From the NCBI RefSeq assembly GCF_037042905.1, contig NC_087251.1, positions 47,804,001 to 47,868,000 of the forward strand: DNA of 64,000 nt, read 5' to 3'. Shown here one piece after another: positions 1 to 12,625 of the stretch. The position numbers and the translations under genes were made by a program. Below the pieces are notes generated by a model that did no database searches, was not told where the DNA came from, and worked only from the letters and a program-made list of their open reading frames with translations. Numbering within the stretch: position 1 is the first letter of the stretch; each line of letters begins with the position of its first letter. The stretch comes from Lytechinus pictus. Taxonomy: Eukaryota.

Positions 1-295
1 GCTAGCAAAGCGATCTTCCAAACTGGTTTCCTGAACCGGTTTGCAGGAAACTAGTTTTAGAAAGTGTAGTGAGAACGGGGTCTAATACCTCATGGGTGTA
101 ACTCCTGATTGACATTTGATCTACTCTACACTTGGTCCAATACCCACTCTTAATTCTTATTCAACTAAATACTCACATGGTCTAATTTCCACTTTGCTAA
201 TAATTTTACAAGTTTTCAAATGAAAATTCAGTTCATAAATAGTTCATCTAAACTTGTAGACCAAATGATGTTGGACCCAATTTAGACTACAGACC

Positions 296-448
296 CAGTC
301 AGCAATCTTTGAGCATAGTTTACACTCGATTTTACACTCGAGCAAGAACAAAGGAAATGGTCCAGTGAATCTATTGTTCTATTGTTCTGGCTTGGTCACT
401 CTATTGTTCTGGACCCGAGTGTAAACTATGCTCAAAGATTGCTGACTG
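296..448. mobile_element. Small MITE with ~33-bp TIRs
   Basis: CAGTCAGCAATCTTTGAGCATAGTTTACACTCG at 296 and its reverse complement ending at 448; internal TCTATTGTTC repeats. Confidence 0.75.
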
Positions 449-623
449 CCACTGTATATGGGTATCGCGTTTCTAGCAATTAGACAAAGTGGTAAATGAG
501 ATAAATGTTAAATGGTAAGCAAACTATTTTTAGATGAATTAGGATTAGATCATGTGGGAAGAGTTCGAACTCAGAGTAGACAAAGCAGATATAGACCAAG
601 TGACAATTCATGTCACAATATCA

Positions 624-750
624 GGGTCCCGTTTCATAAAGACTTGTTATGATGACAAATGAACAATCGGCCAATCAGATTGAAGGATTACAGTAGCTTT
701 TAACTGTTATTGCAAATTTGTTACTATAACAAGTTTTATGAACTGGACCC
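624..750. mobile_element. Short palindromic MITE (same family as 55771-55904)
   Basis: GGGTCCCGTTTCATAAAGACTTGTTAT ... ATAACAAGTTTTATGAACTGGACCC imperfect TIRs; near-identical interior at 55771-55904. Confidence 0.7.
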
Positions 751-1220
751 ATGAACACTGAATAATGCTAGCTTGTCATATATCTATTTTGTCTTATATA
801 TAGTATTGTGAAAATGTAAATAAAAAAAGAACTATCATCTCAGATCACACTAATCACCTTGATATTCATAGTATTTTGTATTTAAAGGAAAATTATTGAA
901 GATATTTGTATATATTCATTTTATTAAAATGTCTGATTAAATATGATTTATTTGTGGTATACTTTGTCTTCATTTTGATTCACTGAGAGAAGATAAATAG
1001 CTTCAAGTTGTAACAAATTCTTTTGAACCTTTTCCTCAACTTTTCACTTTTATAGAATTTCTTCCTAGGGAAATGATGGTGAATCAGGTAGGGCGTTTCA
1101 TTTTCAACATCGGTCACATCATGTTTGGTCATGTGATCCTATTTGAACCAATCACATTACAGGCTTTAATTCATGTAGGATACAATAGTTATGTTCAACA
1201 ACCACTATCCTTTCCCCCTT

Positions 1221-3543
1221 GGGCATTTTCACCACAGATGGACACAGAGGCAAAAAAATCAAGTTAATATTCATGTCAAATGCTTTATGTTTTTTAATAA
1301 TACAAGACCTGAAGTTTCTGAGATAAAATTTTTTTCAGACTCTGGCAGCCATTTTTTATTTCAAAATGGCTGCCAAAGTATGGATACAAATTAGTGTTGA
1401 AAATAGTATATTGATACATATTTTGTTTTGACAGATTTTTAAAGAACAGGTTTGATCATGTTGTTTTCGCCTGTGATTTAGCTTGCTATTATAACACTTT
1501 TTAAAATCCTACAGAAAGAAACACCAGTAATTCATTTATCTGATAAAAAAACATTGATGAAGTATGTGATATGGTATGTAATGTCAGTTACCGAAAACAT
1601 GAACTTTTTTTTCTCATTTCCTGGAAAAGAGGATATATTATATGAAACTTGGTAGATTTCCTCTCTAGGTAACACCCCTCCCTTCTACACCAAAATTAAA
1701 GATTACCAATTAACAATGAAGCCATAGGGTACCATTAAATGTATGTAATATCAGTTACCAAGTGGAAAATGTAATGTCAGTTACCGAGATGTGATGTCAG
1801 TTACCATGATAAAACGTTGGTTACCAATATTGAAATGCAAATATGTGGTCAATTTTATGGTGAAGAAATATTTTATACTTGTTATTTAAGTCTTTCACTT
1901 TAAAAGTCACACCAGAAGGAGCTTGCTATTGACTTTAAAAGGTATAGTTCACAAGGAATACTATATTAAATTATGAAGGAAGTTGCATTCCCATCGTGCA
2001 CAAAAAATTACTATGAAATAGTTTTGTACATGCACTTACCAAGTACCTAATTGTTTGTAACAGACAATTTTTTGTTTGGTTTTCAGGGGGGGTAGGGGGT
2101 ACTTTTCCCAACCTATTGCCTAAATCTGCAACATTTTTTAAGCTTAACATTGTGATGAAGGGGATTTCCAGGGTCCCTTTTTAGTTTCTAGGATTCTTTT
2201 GAGCATTGCCTCGCTAAAAGTAAATTCCTGGTTTTTATACCCGTTAGTAGTGCGGATGTGTGATATAATTTTGTTTTTGGTTTACAAGTATAGATGAAAA
2301 GTGAAATTTGACAGTTCTGATGAATGTTGTATGGATCTACTAAAACTGTGTTTTTTTTTCTAATTTACAAATAGTTCACTTTCAGTTTAGAAGCTGGAGT
2401 TTATTTTTTGTTGACAGCTTAAAAAAGAAATTAGCAAAGAAAATGATTAAACAAATTATGAAGAGAATTGAAATCCGACAGATATGAACAAGCATTGCTT
2501 GCACTGACCAGAATAGAAATCAATAAAACTAAATGGCTGCATGAGATTCGGGGGAGGGGTACATGTAGCCTAGGGGAGGAGACCCTTATTCATTTTGCTT
2601 TTTTTGAGGGGAGGGGGAGGTTGGAGAAGGAAAAGGTTTAAAAAGTCAATATAAAATTGATGAATATATTATGGGTGTATAGTCAGAAAAATCCATGTGT
2701 ACAGTCAATGCAATATCAAATTACTATAGGAAAACATGTAGCTGCTATGACCCCACCCCCCCCCCTCCCCCCGAGAAAGTAAAACATACATTTCTTATCT
2801 TCTGATAATTAAAAATGTGAAGTATTATGAAACTTTTATGATTTTAAAAAGCCTTACATATAAGTACCAAGAAAATTATGCCTTTGAAAATCATATAGCA
2901 CTGGTAAATGTTAATGTGTATTGTCAGTTACCAACAAGTAATGATAAAAATGTTCAAATCAAAGAAAGGAATTAAGAAAAAGAAAAAGTTTTTTCATTGA
3001 AATCTTCCTAGAAACTCGGGTATACTTCCACATCAAGCTCACTTTCATGTGAAGCCCTGCACAGAAGATACAATGCAATGATTCCACACATTTGACTTCC
3101 ATGTGTTATCTCTATGGCAAATGAAGTGTAATGTCAGTTACCGTAATGTCAGTTACCAGCATGGTTGTGGAAAAATTATCATAGCCCCCAAAAGACAAAA
3201 ACAAATTGTTTAATATTTTGACACATCTTAACCTAGTAACGGAGGTATATTTACATATTCAAATTATTATTCTATCTACTCAGGGACATGAGATATTTCA
3301 ATTTTAATGACCACCCTGAAATTGCATGTCCTTTTGCGTAATGTCAGTTACCGACACATTTTTGCTTGCTGATGCGTAAAAAAATGTGGTTACATAGGAA
3401 AACTTAGTATCAGAGTATACAGCAAGGTTCACTTTATTAACTCTATCAAAAGCAAACTCCCATCATTTGTTGTTTTAGAGATACACACAATGAAAGGTGT
3501 GAAAACATTGTGCCGTGTAATGTCAGTTACCGTGAAAATGCCC
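1221..3543. mobile_element. Non-autonomous DNA transposon, Sola2-like
   Basis: TIRs GGGCATTTTCAC / GTGAAAATGCCC; 4-bp TSD CCTT at 1217-1220 and 3544-3547; nine copies of GTAATGTCAGTTACC (three with one mismatch); no transposase ORF. Superfamily inferred from GGG termini plus 4-bp TSD. Confidence 0.75.
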
Positions 3544-3612
3544 CCTTATGCATGAAAAATAAGAAGAAACACCCCCCCACACACATACACAGTAGCAACA
3601 TGACAAATGTGA

Positions 3613-3835
3613 TCGCTAGAGGGTATTCGTATTGTTCCCGCGTTCGTGCGTACGGTCCTGGGTGTTGGTATAAATAGGCTACGTTGTCAGATAATTTTCG
3701 TCACTTGATAAAGAGTTGCAGCGGGACTCGAAAGCTCGTGAACTTGTAATCTAGTGAACACTTTTTGCGAGAGTGATCACGGATTTCCTTGTTGACCATA
3801 GTAGATTGCGAGACAAATTAATACCCTCTAGCGAT
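3613..3835. mobile_element. MITE with 16-bp TIRs
   Basis: ATCGCTAGAGGGTATT ... AATACCCTCTAGCGAT. Confidence 0.65.
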
Positions 3836-3917
3836 TATTTCAGTCCGCAATAATGAACCTATTTAGTAGTATGACAAATGTGTCCAATATTTCTAACTAT
3901 TTGCCTTGGAATAGAAT

Positions 3918-4204
3918 CAGGGTTCCCACAGAAATTTGAAAACAGAATTCCATGACTTTTCCATGACGTCCCCGGAGTTATGTAGAATTTGGGATGTCAC
4001 AAAACTGGGAAAAATGGAAATCATGAACACCAATTATTATAGAGTATAATCACTGAGTATGAGAGTTGCAAGACACGACAAACTGGAAAGCTGCCACAGC
4101 CAAGAGGTAAATGCAATTCCATGACTTTTCACAAATTTTCCAAATTTCCTGACTTTCCATGACCACAAGTTTTTCCAGGATTTTCCATGACTGTGAGAAC
4201 CCTG
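3918..4204. mobile_element. hAT-like MITE
   Basis: CAGGGTTCCCACAG ... CTGTGAGAACCCTG termini; repeated TTCCATGAC motif; imperfect flanking duplication AGAAT/GGAAT. Confidence 0.7.
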
Positions 4205-5273
4205 GGAATGATAGAAGGTGAAGGCCTTCTCTTCCTAGACACAAACTTCAATAAACACTTATATATTACTTTATTTAGCACAATCACATTTTAATATTGG
4301 TACTTGGAAAACCAATCATTTGGAAATAAAAAAACAATGATAACTGATAAGTGAAACTTGTAATACACACAACAATTAAATAAAGAATTCAAGGTATTTC
4401 AACATGTGCTTGGCACTTTAACAACTTTCATTGTCGGCTAGATCATGGCTTATTATGGTAAAAGGTACATTACCTAGATATACAAATAAAACTGGATACA
4501 TATACATAGAAAGCCATTATGAATTACACATCATTTCAAATCAATAAATATCCTGCACTTCAACAACAATAAAATGACAACCACATGTTATTTACCAACC
4601 ATGATTTCCCAATCACGATAAAAATATTGATTTGAACATGTTTTGAATATTTGAAAAGATAATACAAAATGCTTTGTATATCATTTAAAATGCTTTTAAA
4701 ATATGTGATATTAGTGGTGCTTCCATCATTATACATAATAATTGTTCCTGATCAATTCAGGATAGCTGAGTTCATTACAGAAATTACTAATCTACTCAAA
4801 TGGGAAATATTCTGATAGCCATGGTTTAGTTAAACCTGGGTTGACTTAAATTAAACCACTCTGTTATGGAATGCCACTTGTCAACTTATTCACCAATTAA
4901 CAATCATTCTTATCCTGCGGCAAAAAGTTGTCAAAAAATCAATTGAGTTGTGAAATGGCAAAACTAAAGGGAAAATACAAAAATAAAATGATGTGAAAGA
5001 ATTATTTGGTACATTATATATAATGACCATGAATATGGAAGAAATATTACGAAGCCAGCATTCCATAGACGTGCGGTTTAAAATTCTAGGGTTAAACTGA
5101 GGTTTAATAATCAGAATACCAACCAATGTGTCTGTGATTAAATTGCTGTCTTGAACGAATAAAACTATCATGTTATTTCCAATGACATACCATCCATCAG
5201 TTTCGAATCAGTTCAGTTGGCATCACTGTGGCATGAAGGTATTCAAAACTGTTTAGCACTAATTTTAGTTTTA

Positions 5274-5995
5274 ACTAGGACTATCACTGAGGGTGATTAA
5301 TACCCCCGCCTTACGCCATTACCATAACAACAATTTCCAATACACACAAAAAATTGAAAAACTAAGTCTTGCCCATCTTTACCCCAAGACCTATGTGTGA
5401 GCAATATCATAATTGGTAGAAAATTGATGAAGTAGTTCAAACCGCAAGGTTTTTTGCCTAATTTTTGGCATATATTGTTACCATGGCAACACGATTTTTG
5501 ACACTTGAAATATGTGTCTCGCACGTCTTTACCTCGAAACCAATCTGTAAGCCAAATTTTATGAGCATTGGTTGAAAATTGATGAAGTAATTAAAACTGA
5601 AAAAAATTTTACCCCATTTTTGCCATATTATATATCATTACCATGGCAACATGATTTTTGACAGACACAGAAAATATGTCTTGCACATCTTTACATTAAT
5701 ACCAATGTGTGCCAAATTTCATGAGAATTGGTTAAAAACTGAGGAAGTATTTTGAACTGTAATATGTTTACCTTATTTTTGCCAAAATATACCGTTACCA
5801 TGGCAACATGATTGCCGATACAGGCGAAAAATGTGTCTTGCACATCTCCACCCCAACACCAATATGTGTTCCGAGTTTCATGAGAATTGGTTAAAAAGTT
5901 GAAGTAGTTCGATGCACAAGATTTGCAACGGACCGACCGCCCGAGCGCTGATTCCTATACAACCCCTTCAAACTTCGTTTGGCGGGGGTATAAAA
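5274..5995 (+). mobile_element. Helentron-associated (HINE/DINE-like) element, family C
   Basis: ACTAG start, hairpin ATCACTGAGGGTGAT, subterminal IR ATACCCCCGCC / GGCGGGGGTAT, ~160-bp tandem units (TTACCATGGCAAC at ~5478, 5638, 5795), GACC microsatellite, hairpin CAAACTTCGTTTG, A-run end. Confidence 0.7.
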
Positions 5996-7511
5996 ATCTG
6001 TACTATACTCTTGGTCTGCTCCATTATTCTGACATGTAATTATGATAAGCCTGATTGTCATGGTTACATAGTGAATAATCTGTGAAAATTAAACCTTGAA
6101 TAAAAATCAAAATAAGCTTTAGATGATGATATCGTCCAAAAATATGTCTTGAGTGTACAAACCATAACACATGAGCGATTAGTCCTTGAATGAAACGCCT
6201 GTAAAGTAGATGAGAGTTATATTTTGCTGTGCAAACCCTTCCTTAGAGTTTAAGTGTCTGTGCTATTCTTTGTGTGAAGACTTGTTGATCAATTTTCAAT
6301 CAGGGTCTGTGCCTGCAGACTAGACGAGGATGGCGTTCATAACAATAAGTTATACATGACTTTAATAACTAAGTTCATGCTTCTTTACAAAGGCCCAAAA
6401 TAAAATAGTCAGCAAAACTTTGTGGTATACGTGATCTATTTGTCTAAAAAGTGACCTATCAGTGCGTAGACATAGTTTCAGATCCTTAAAAGATAATATA
6501 TTATAGTGTCACTGTCATAGTATTAATTTCAAAGAGCACACATCAAATATCAATCTATTAAAGTAATCATAACGATTAAAATTTAAAAAAATCACTCTTT
6601 ACTGTCAAGTTCAATAAGACCTGTATTCAAACTCTGTTCTAAATTGTGGTTTTAACTATGGATAGACAATTGTGACACACATTTTTAGCAATATAGATTC
6701 AATTTATCAGCTCATCTGATAATCAATTCATTTATAACTTTCAAGGGATGATAACAAAAACAGTTTTCTTCACCATTAAAGCATAGGAAAGAACAAAGTA
6801 AATATAAGGGAATACAATTAAAACAAATATTTGATATTTTCGGCTTGCGATGATTTTGGCAAATAGTTTGAGTACTAGTATGGCCTAACTTACCCTGGAC
6901 TTTGAATATAGGCCATAGTCATCAACCCCATGTCATTTGCTTCATCAAAAATTGTTTCTAAGGAATATGTGCACATCAAGTCAAACTTAACATCAAACCT
7001 CAAACCAAACACTAGTCCTATATAAACCAAACATTAGTTTGGACCCCCCAAAAAAGCACCTTATTCCTAACTATATCAACACAAAGTCATATCAAATCAT
7101 CCTGTTGGACAAAAAAAAATCAATATGAATTACTATCGCTATACATGTACTTCAATCTCTTGCATAACTTTGATGCACCTTATAATGCATCTTAATACAT
7201 ACTCATTTTTCCCTGTCATGAAATTATGAAGGCACCTATCACAGTATGGAATATACATATGTACACACAAAAAAAAAAGAATACATGAACATTTCAAGAT
7301 TTTTGTGATTCATTTGAGAACTTACCCTGCACTTATCTTTTAAAAGAATTAAAAAACTAAAAAGAGATGTGCATATTCTATTACTTATTACTTCATTAAA
7401 AATACAAATTCCACAAAAAAATACTAGAATACTGTATGGAATGGCACTTGAATTAGCTCAATACAATACAGCATTGTATACAAGCACATACATACACTAT
7501 CATTTTCACCC

Positions 7512-8172
7512 CAGTGATTTAATGACTAGAATCAACTTGACTTGATTCGAATTTGTCACTCAACTCAAGCTTAATTGAAGAATGACTAGACTCGACTCGT
7601 GTCTCGCTTTTGACTCAACTTGACTCAAACCTGCTCTTTGACTCTACTCAAAACTTGACCCACATTCAACTCAACTCTTTGACTCTAACACCAAGGCCCA
7701 AATTCACAAAGGTGGTTTATAAAACCATGGGTTGAACCCATGGTTTATGCAGATTTTCTGTAACTATAAATTACGCTTATTTACTGCGTATATCAAAAAA
7801 ATTTCAAATGCTGATGGGCGCTTTTGTCACAGTGCGCCAAATTGACGGCTGTTGCCATGGTCAAGTACGCTATTTTATTCATGAGTTCACTGTTTGAAGA
7901 GTGGACTCATTAATTAAAAACAGTGGAGTCATGAATAACATAGAGGGATAACCACGGCAACAGGCGTCAACTTGGTGCACTGGGACAAAAGCGCGCATCA
8001 GCATTGGACATCTTTTAATGTACGTGGTTAAAAAGGATAATTTATACAGGAAATCTGCATAAGCCATGGGTTCAATTGATGGTTTTAAAAACCACCTTTG
8101 TGAATTCGGGCCCAAATAACTCAGACTCGATCCGTGTTGAGTCTACTTTACTAGTACTTGATTACAACACTG
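7512..8172. mobile_element. Degenerate hAT-like element with GACTC-rich interior
   Basis: CAGTG...CACTG ends; imperfect 8-bp TSD TTTCACCC/CCTCACCC; interrupted by the MITE at 7695-8112. Confidence 0.55.
7695..8112. mobile_element. Foldback MITE (Harbinger/Tourist-like), nested
   Basis: GGCCCAAATTCACAAAGGTGGTTT ... AAACCACCTTTGTGAATTCGGGCC; almost whole element palindromic; 3-bp TSD CAA. Confidence 0.8.
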
Positions 8173-8277
8173 CCTCACCCCCTTCCCCCCCCCCACAAAC
8201 ACACACATAATGACCAATTTGAATTGGACTTCTTGAATTAACTGCCAGCACTCCTAAGTTAAATCCTCCTTGTAGCA

Positions 8278-8286
8278 TCATTCATC
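8278..8286 (-). CDS. DHRS7: DHRS7-like, putative coding exon 8 (DE-stop)
   Basis: Acceptor ttatttgcAG at 8287-8288 then GAT GAA TGA in phase 0; resembles the short Asp-starting C-terminal tail of vertebrate DHRS7 but too short to be sure. Confidence 0.45.
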   Translation of the reverse strand, partial: DE

Positions 8287-8435
8287 CTGCAAATAATTAC
8301 AAAAGCAAGGAAATTATTATTTGTTGTAAAGATATTATGTTTATACACTTTTGAATTCATTTAAAATTGATTATACTTCCCTGAATGACAACATATTAAA
8401 AAAAAATGAAATGAATGAGTATAAAACCACATACA

Positions 8436-8970
8436 ACTAGAGATGCTCAGCGAGTCACGCGGCCGAGCACATGTATCCCCCGAACCCCCCGCGTCATCCG
8501 TCATTGCGATATATAGAGCTCACAACGCAGAAGTTTGACAAGTAAATACAATTGTCATGGCGACAATGACCCTGCCCACATTTTGCCTGTGGGTACCAAA
8601 TTTGATAATAATATGACGTAGCAGCGTGACTCTGCAGAACCTAAAGTATTGTCCAGTATCACCAGTTGGGGAATACAATTATAGAGTAATCTGGATATAT
8701 TTTATAAACCTAACCCTAAGACCCCCAACCAAAAAATGATAGGCATCTTTGCTTCACCTTCTAATATTGCTTCTGTATGCCAACTGTTAAGACAAACTGG
8801 AAAAAAAGCAGAAGTTACAGGTTTTACCAAATTTTCCACAAAAATATGGTTACCATGGCAACCAAGCCTCCACCCACTCCAAAATCATTAGGCACCTTTG
8901 CTTTACCATAATGGACCTTCATGACACATTTGAAGATGATCGGAGAAGAAATGCAGCTGGTAGACTCTTA
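8436..8970 (+). mobile_element. Truncated HINE-like element, family D
   Basis: ACTAGAGATGCTCAGCG...CCGAGCAC start hairpin, CCAAATTTG and TTACCATGGCAAC boxes shared with other HINE-like families; far end not found. Confidence 0.45.
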
Positions 8971-9119
8971 GAAACTCTTGGAATATTTCTAGTATTCCAT
9001 TCTGAGCAATCCAATATAATTAATATAATGATCAATCTTAACAATTAGCCCTTGGATGAATTTGCTGTGAGCAACTCAGATGCAAGGATTTTCAATGATT
9101 CATAACAATTTCTTCCTAC

Positions 9120-9171
9120 CTGACTAAGCTTGTAGTGTTTAACTCTCCCACGAGCAAGGGATGGGCTTAGC
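9120..9171 (-). CDS. DHRS7: DHRS7-like coding exon 7
   Basis: tttttacAG / GTagga; phase 2 in, phase 0 out; (W)LSPSLARGRVKHYKLSQ, comparable to the basic C-terminal helix of DHRS7. Confidence 0.75.
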
Positions 9172-9899
9172 CTGTAAAAAGATTTCAAAATGATACCAAA
9201 AGCTAAATCACGCTCATGACCACTTTTGAACTATGGTATGTAGCCTATATGCAAATCAAATTCAAACAAGATAGCTTTATACAGTGAGCATCAAAAAGGT
9301 AATCCAAATTTATACAGCTAATATGAAATAATCCTTGAATATTACAATTTATTAAGGACTAATGGTTCACAGATGAGAGCAGCCTTTGCACGGAAATAAA
9401 TTTAATATGAAAAAAAATATCAAGATCAATTTCATTACATATTTCTTGTTTTCGTACCCTTTTGCTCATTATCTTTTTTTTTCAATCATTAAGAAATGGG
9501 ATATTTTACATTTCTTGTGGAAAGTGTAAGCCACTTAGGGCAGGTTTTTTTTTTTTTGGGGGGGGGGTGGATTAATGACCACTCTGAATATGTCCATGTG
9601 ACAAATGTGGTGCCAATTCTTTGTAAATTATTACCAGAAATCATCATATTTGGGATGAAAAATGAAACTCCTCAAAGAAAGAAGGATAGAGAAAGAGACA
9701 GAGAGATACACACCTATATCATAAACCAGCAAGAATAGAAAAGAAAAGAACAAATCACATATAATATATATTTTTTTATCTATTATTTATTCAGCAATTT
9801 AAAAACTCATTTAATAACAAATTCATGTTCAAAATGGTTTTTGTTTTATTATTATTTTGATAATTTTGATTTAAAAAAAAGGCAAAGAATCAGACCAAC

Positions 9900-10081
9900 C
9901 ATTTTAGGACACCTGGCATATACTGAGCGACGTAGAAAAAGATGAGAATAGGTTGCCTCGCAATCCAGACCTCGTTGAGTTTGTTTGCCATGGCAACCAG
10001 AATGAGGGCAGCACATCGATCGGTCGTCATCAAAACCCTGAAGCTGCGCATTCCCTTCCCGTCGTAAGGCTTTACAGCAGG
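9900..10081 (-). CDS. DHRS7: DHRS7-like coding exon 6
   Basis: PAVKPYDGKGMRSFRVLMTTDRCAALILVAMANKLNEVWIARQPILIFFYVAQYMPGVLK matches the DHRS7 MTTxRC..MANxLxEVWI..QP..QYMP motif; different frame from the listed ORF 9852-10136. Confidence 0.9.
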
Positions 10082-10166
10082 CTAGCAACAACAACAACAA
10101 CAACATATTAAACATATTTATTAGTAGTAAGAACAATGCACTGATGATATGAGCAATTTAGCTTAA

Positions 10167-10747
10167 AGGAGAATGAAACCCTTGAAACCAGCTGAATCCA
10201 TATCAAAGAGAAAAATCAAAGAAACATATTGTTGAAAGTTTGAGGAAGATTGAATGAATAATAAGAAAGTTATGAGCATTTGAATATTGAGATCACTAAT
10301 GCCATGTAGATCCTCCCGTTGGCAATGCGACCAAGATCTGTGATGTCACACACGTACAACTCCCTCATTACTTTAGTACTTATTTCACTTATATTCTCAC
10401 TTTTATAGTCTATCACAAGATGAGGTGTTCTCTTTATGAGAACAAGTACAGAGGTTTCACAACATTATATCATTGATGAATCGTTTGTCATATGATTAGA
10501 ATGAGCAAAAAGAGATGTTTTGGGGTATATTTTCAGTGTCCAAAAGGGGAGAGTTGTTCATCTGTGACATCATAGATCTTGGTCGCATTGCCAATGGGAG
10601 GATCTCCATAGCATTAGTGATCTTGACATTCAAATGCTCATAACTCTTCTATTGCTAGTCCTATTTTACTCAAACTTTTGTTGATCTTATTCTTTGATTT
10701 TTCTGCTTTCACAAAAGCTAACTTGCTCCAAGAGTTTCATTCTCCAT
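10167..10747. mobile_element. TTAA-target foldback MITE (Kolobok-like)
   Basis: TTAA|AGGAGAATGAAAC ... GTTTCATTCTCCAT|TTAA; long inverted arms including GGCAATGCGACCAAGATCT. Confidence 0.8.
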
Positions 10748-10884
10748 TTAAAAAGCTTGAAAAGTCAATGTCATAAGTACTCAAATAAATCTCCGGCACA
10801 AGTTTGCAATAACATCTCTCCTTAATAATAAAAAAAGCATTTATCAATAATTTGTGCACACACATTCTGTATTTCAGGCCTTAA

Positions 10885-11382
10885 AGGGGTACTCCAGGCA
10901 GAAAACAATATGATTCCAACAGATTTTTAAAAATCAGACAAAGACTGATAATTTGATCAAAATCAGACAAGGAATAACCAAGTTTAATGGCTTTTTAAAG
11001 ATTTGCATTATTTTGGTGAAACAGTTCTAGGCACGTCTTCATGAATATTCAATGAGCAAATTGATGTCATATCTCCACTTGCTCTTTTGTATTTTATCAT
11101 ATGAAATTAGGTTTATTCAAATTTTTCCTTCAAGAACCGAAAATATTGGAATAAAAACTCATTCATTACAAAGGAGCTATATATCATTCACACATGTATG
11201 GAAGAAATAAACAATGTGATTTTACGTAACATAAGAAAAAGTAAAGAGGGGATGTGAAATCATCAGCCCATCTAATGAATATTCATATTCATTCATATAT
11301 TTTGATGGAATTTTCAGCATTTTGCTCTGTGAATTTTACTCTATTTATTTGGATATAAATATTTTCAGCCCAGAGCATCCTT
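10885..11382. mobile_element. TTAA-target MITE (Kolobok-like)
   Basis: TTAA|AGGGGTACTCCAGGC ... GCCCAGAGCATCCTT|TTAA; related to 21420-23092 and 59552-60093. Confidence 0.7.
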
Positions 11383-11643
11383 TTAAATTTTGATGATTTT
11401 AGGGCAAGGCCACTTTTCCATTGGCAGGCATGATGTTCCCATCTGAAAAAAAAATCTGAAAAATAGCCAAGGGTTGCTAAGTCACGGCCAAAGTCCGAGG
11501 CGCCCCGTTTGGGGTTATAAGCTATCGCATAGCAAAGAAATCGAAAGTGATATTTCAAGGTGAGTCTGCATGATAGTTTTATCATTTGACTTTAAAAAGC
11601 AGTAAAAAACAGCATGAGAATGTTCTTGGGCAAAGGATTTCAC

Positions 11644-11674
<31 letters not shown>

Positions 11675-12079
11675 TAAATTAAAATTTACACAATTTACAT
11701 ATTACAGCACAAATGGGAAGATGAAAAAAAAGACACAACAAGGCCCTGTCTTGATCTGATCAATCTCAACTATATGGAAATCAATTAATGTCATAATTTC
11801 TTCTACATGAAATGTGCACAATGTCCTTTGTAAACAAAGAAAAGCACAGTGAATATTCAAGCAACAATGAATGTAAGAATATATCATATTTAGAGGATAT
11901 TTTGAACAAACACACATTTTCGATGCTGACGTTGTTGGCTTTCCATAGTTGTGGTTGATTGGATCAATTGTAACTCTTTGTAAGACAGGGACCTGGATCT
12001 CTAAGGCCAATGGGAGGGGCATCTAGGACAGTCAACGGGGCATCCATAGCCATGGTCTTTAATGGCATTGGATTAAAAG

Positions 12080-12387
12080 GCTTGCATTCTGAAGTCCGGT
12101 TTAATTTAAACTCTGGTTTAAAGATGTGGTTAAACTATGGATAGCCAATAGTGGCATAAATATCTAACAGCAGAATTTCAATGTATCAGCTCATTTTTCG
12201 CTCAAATCATTCTTCACTGTTTCGGAAGGATAAATAAGATAGCTTTCTTCACCATTCACGAGTTAGAAAAGAACATACTAAATCTAAGAAACATACAATG
12301 CAAGGAAAATTTTGAGATTTTTGGCTTTCCATAATTGTAGCACAAAGTTAGACCATGGTCTAAGTTAAACCTGACTTCGGAATACGT
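12080..12387. mobile_element. MITE (related copies ~6618-6915 and 59297-60129)
   Basis: ATTCTGAAGTCCGGTTTAATTTAAAC ... GTCTAAGTTAAACCTGACTTCGGAAT inverted ends. Confidence 0.6.
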
Positions 12388-12505
12388 ACTGTACCAATAC
12401 AATACAAGAACAAACATAAAAGGTAGGAAAGGATGAAAAGCAGAGGAGGGGGTGCATTGAGGGTAGAAAGACAGACTAAAATCATTTAAATTCAACAAGA
12501 GTCAC

Positions 12506-12625
12506 CTTTGTAAAGTCTTCTCTCAACGCATTTTCTACAATGTGTGAGATGACAGGCCCGGGACAGACCATAGTTACACCAATGTTCTTATCAGCTAACT
12601 CACATCTTACTGTATCAAAGAAACC
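12506..12625 (-). CDS. DHRS7: DHRS7-like coding exon 5
   Basis: tctttcAG / GTgact, 120 nt: GFFDTVRCELADKNIGVTMVCPGPVISHIVENALREDFTK (SDR CPGPV motif). Confidence 0.93.

Noticed and set aside
8254..8286. TGA followed by TGC and a short open frame at the DHRS7 end as possible selenocysteine or readthrough
   Set aside because: No SECIS recognised, not a redox-motif position in SDRs, and the exon call itself is tentative.
9852..10136. 94-aa ORF that looks like a secreted Cys-rich peptide
   Set aside because: It is an alternative frame of DHRS7 exon 6; the poly-Leu leader is the (TTG)n acceptor tract.
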